A stretch of 64,000 nt of DNA. Origin: Squalus acanthias (lineage: Eukaryota). Of the stretch, positions 62,833-64,000 are shown in pieces. Positions within the stretch are counted from its first letter, which is position 1, and the number at the start of each line of letters is the position of its first letter. The position numbers and the translations under genes were made by a program. A model generated the notes under the pieces. That model made no database searches. It had not been told where the DNA came from and saw nothing but the letters and a program-made list of their open reading frames with translations. The stretch covers positions 15,750,001 through 15,814,000 of the forward strand of contig CM059432.1 in the NCBI GenBank assembly GCA_030390025.1. The letters are read 5' to 3'.

Positions 62833-63414
62833 TTGAGTATATTCAAGGCTGTGATCGATAGATTTTTGGACTCTAAGGGAATCAAATGGGCATTGGGCAG
62901 GAAAAGAGGTCGAAGATCAGCCATGATCTTATTGAATGGCGGAACAGGCTCGAGGGGCCGTATGGCCTACTCCTGCTCCTATTTCTTATGTTCTTATGTT
63001 AAGTGAAGCTGTGGTGGTGGCAGGGTGCATCCACTGTATTATGGAGTGGAGAGGCACAGGTTTAAAATCCCAAATCCTGCTGTGTTGTTGCTGAGGAGAG
63101 GTCTGGCTCTCATTCAGCAGATGATAGAAAATTGGAGGGAGAGTCTGTCGAGCTACTGTCATGTGCCTCAGGCTGAAGAATGGAGTCCTGGTAGAAGGTC
63201 ACCATCCCTCTTAGCGACAGAAAGTACATGAACTGGCAAGATCAGGAAATCAGTAATTTGATATGTTCAAAATATACAATTGAGGATCGTAACTTAAAAA
63301 AATCAATTCTTTTTATATTCCTTTTTGAGGGGGATTGACAGGGTAGATACTAAGAGGTTCTTTCCCCTTGCATGAACAGTCTAGAACTAGGGGCATAGTT
63401 TCAGGATAAGGAGT

Positions 63415-64000
63415 CATAAGAACATAAGAATTAGGAGCTGGAGTAGGCCATTTGGCCCCTCGAGCCTGCTCCGCCATTCAATAAGATCATGGCCGATCTT
63501 CTACCTCAACTCCACCTTCCCGCACTATCCCCATATCCCTTAATTCCCTTAGTTCCCAAAAATTTATCGACCTCTGTCTTGAATATACTCAATGACTGAG
63601 CATCCACAGCTCTCTGGGGTAGAGAATTCCAAAGATTCACCACCCTTTTAGTGAAGAAATTTCTCCTCATCTCAGTCCTAAATGGCCGACCCCTTATTCT
63701 GAGTCTGTGACCCCATGTTCTAGATTCCCCAGCCAGGGGAAACATTTTCTCAGCATTAACCCTGTCAAGCCCCTTAAGAATTTTATATGTTGCAATTAGA
63801 TCACCTCTCATTCTTTTAAACTCTAGCGAATATAGGCCTCAATCTCTCCTCATAGGGCAATCCCCTCATCCCAGGAACCAGTCTAGTGAACCTTTGTTGC
63901 ACTCCCTCTAAGGCAAGTATGTCTTCCTTAGGTAAGGAGACCAGAACTGTACATTGTACTCCAGGTGTGGCCTCACCAATGCCATGTATAATTGTAGTAA
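63415..64000 (-). mobile_element. CR1-type LINE 3' portion, runs off the window end
   Basis: ORF 63506-63811 and cataagaacataagaa tail. Confidence 0.88.

Overview
This is eukaryotic, repeat-rich vertebrate DNA, most likely from a cartilaginous fish (shark): it carries CR1/HER1-type LINEs, an HE1-like V-SINE and Deu-domain-like tRNA SINEs. The only host gene is an internal part of laminin subunit alpha-1 (LAMA1) on the + strand. I traced 16 consecutive GT-AG coding exons (2,387 nt, one open frame) encoding laminin EGF-like (LE) repeats and the L4a/laminin-B domain. They appear to correspond to exons 8-23 of the human gene (numbering from memory). The introns hold CR1 and L2 LINE pieces, SINEs, several TIR MITE families, two solo LTRs and a 19-bp GC-rich minisatellite. 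The most striking signal is a set of Penelope-like/retrozyme-like insertions carrying minimal hammerhead ribozyme motifs, in two distinct families. Most are short (about 100-480 bp) and bounded by 10-15 bp direct repeats, and their breakpoints cluster on the ribozyme. One is a 116-bp palindrome whose symmetry axis is the ribozyme's self-complementary AGCT. All family names come from pattern recognition; no database searches were run.
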